A stretch of 64,000 nt of DNA. Source: Podarcis vaucheri. Taxonomy: Eukaryota. Positions 62,070-64,000 of the stretch are shown here, piece after piece (within the stretch, counting starts at the first letter, position 1; every line of letters begins with the position of its first letter). Below the pieces are notes generated by a model, which saw only the letters and a list, made by a program, of their open reading frames with translations, made no database searches and had not been told where the DNA came from. The stretch is taken from NCBI GenBank assembly GCA_965113315.1, contig OZ220382.1. One strand, 5' to 3'. A program made the position numbers and the translations under genes.

Positions 62070-63106
62070 GGAGAGATACGGATCTATTAGATAGCGAAGG
62101 CTATGGCACCCGCTTTGGATGGCACACATATCTAATTTATGATAAATTGAAGGTCCACGGGGGGTTTTTGGACCATATAATAAGAAAATACAGAGATATA
62201 TTGGAACTGAAAACCCCCTGGTGGACCTCGCCTACAAAAGCTATGGCAGTGAAAAAGAACAATATGCAAGAAAATTGGCCTACATACAAAATGATATTAA
62301 AAGAGGAAAATAACAAATTAAAGATAAAAGAATTTGACGAAATACTATCATATTTGAACAATTGGCTTCAATATTTTCAAATTAACAGAAGATTGAGATT
62401 AGACAAACAAAAAGGATTTGCAAAAGAAATTCTGAAATTAGGAAAAAAAATTAATACAGGCCAAAGGAAAATTTATATAAAAAATGTATAATCTTCTTCT
62501 CGAAAGGGAAGTAAAGGAGAAGGAACTAAAAGCAGCCATGATACGCTGGGCCTAGGACCTTGATCATAACATACTTATGAGTGAATGGGAAAGGTTATGG
62601 AAAAGCGACATCAAATTCACTGCCTGTTACAATCTTAGGGAAAACATATTGAAGATGCAATATGGATGGTATTTAACTCCGGCCAAATTGGCTAAAATGT
62701 ACAAGAACAGTACAGACATATGTTGGAGGTGCAAAGAGGGAACAGGGACCTTCATACATATGTGATGGGAGTGCAAAAAACTAAAAGTTCTGGGATATCT
62801 TCTATAACAAACTGAAAAAAATGTTTAAATTCCCTTTCAAAAACAAAAAACAAAAACTGGAAGCATTCCTGCTTGGTATCATGTCCTTGGAAATCAAGAA
62901 AACATGTAGACCATTCTTTATGTATGCCACCACAGCGGCAATAATTCTCATAGCAAAAAATTGGAAAAGCAACATAATCCACACCAAATCTGACTGGTTA
63001 GCTAAAATGATTGAATATTTACATCTTGCAAAACTAACAGGGAGAGTAAGAGGAAACATTGTTCAAAAAGTTAATAAAGAATGGTTAATCTTTAAAGAAT
63101 ATTTTT
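62070..63106 (+). mobile_element. L1-clade LINE, 5'-truncated ORF2 C-terminus, pseudogenised
   Basis: ORF pieces 62147-62491, 62577-62765, 62821-63111; WYLTP.KL and CWRC..GTFIHM zinc-knuckle motifs; stops and frameshifts. Confidence 0.88.
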
Positions 63107-63982
63107 TTTAAAAAAAGATATTTATTAGAGTTTTTTTAAAAATATAACAATGAAAAAATAAAATAAAAAGAAACAAAATACAAAATACAACATAAAAACA
63201 TTTAAAAAAACAAATAATTTTTCATATCTTTCTTACGCTTATTTCCCCAGACCTCCTCATACCTCCCTTCTTTGTATTCCACTTCAATTTGTTAGTTCAG
63301 CAAATCCTTACCATTAAGCTTTTACCCATTTATAAACCTTTTTTTCCCGTATCTCCTAAAGCATTACAGCTGGAAACCCCTTAGTTTATCCAACATCCTT
63401 CTAACATTCATTAATTTTACAATATTTCTGTAAATAATCTTTACATTTCTTCCAGTCTTCTTTCACCAACTCTTTTCCCTGGTCTCGGATTCTGCCAGTC
63501 ATTTCTGCCAATTCCATGTAGTCAATCACCTTCATCTGCCATTCTTCCAGAGTGGGTAGATCTTGTGTCTTCCAGTACTTTGCAATGAGTATTCTTGCTG
63601 CTGTTGCAGCATACATAAAAAAAGTTCTGTCCTTCTTTGGCACCAATTGGCCGACAATGCCCAGGAGAAAGGCCTCTGGTTTCTTCAGGAAGGTATATTT
63701 AAATACCTTTTTCAGTTCATTATATATCATTTCCCAGAAAGCCTTAATCCTTGGGCACGTCCACCAAAGGTGAAAGAATGTACCTTCAGTTTCCTTACAT
63801 TTCCAACATTTATTATCGGGCAAATGATAGATTTTTGCAAGCTTGACTGGGGTCATGTACCACCTGTATATCATTATCATAATATTCTCTCTTAAGGCAT
63901 TACATGCCGTAAACTTCATACCTGTGGTCCATAACTGTTCCCAGTCAGCAAACATAATATTATGTCCAACATCTTGTGCCCA
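63107..63982 (-). mobile_element. L1-clade LINE, 5'-truncated, younger, inserted into the preceding L1
   Basis: Open 184-aa frame 63401-63955 (YRWYMTPVKL, CWKCKETEGTFFHLWWTC); 3' UTR with AATAAA and A-rich tail; 16-bp TSD TTTAAAGAATATTTTT at 63091-63106 and 63983-63998. Confidence 0.92.
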
Positions 63983-64000
63983 TTTAAAGAATATTTTTAA

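Noticed and set aside
63401-63955. 184-aa ORF as a host gene
   Set aside because: It is the ORF2 C-terminus of a 5'-truncated L1 bounded by a TSD

Overview
Vertebrate, repeat-rich genomic DNA, almost certainly from a squamate. The multiple Sauria SINE copies resemble lacertid (Podarcis/Lacerta-like) types. I can support no host protein-coding gene, rRNA, functional tRNA gene or CRISPR array; the window looks intronic or intergenic. It contains Sauria SINEs, other tRNA-derived, CORE-like and 5S-like SINEs, CR1, L2 and L1-clade LINE fragments, Tc1/mariner-pogo and hAT MITEs, a solo LTR, microsatellites, a 140-N gap and several non-repetitive stretches that may be conserved non-coding elements. 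Four observations stand out. (1) Three divergent ~0.8 kb non-coding elements share a large fold with compensatory base changes and a base-paired poly(A) signal region; the one copy with clear junctions has no TSD (probably DIRS/Ngaro-like tyrosine-recombinase retroelement derivatives). (2) A TSD-flanked palindromic Penelope-like remnant carries a minimal hammerhead ribozyme core. (3) A 134-bp segment appears to have been copied between two Sauria SINE loci 23.8 kb apart. (4) An L1 is inserted tail-to-tail into another L1 with a 16-bp TSD. Family names come from my recognition of the sequence, not from database searches.
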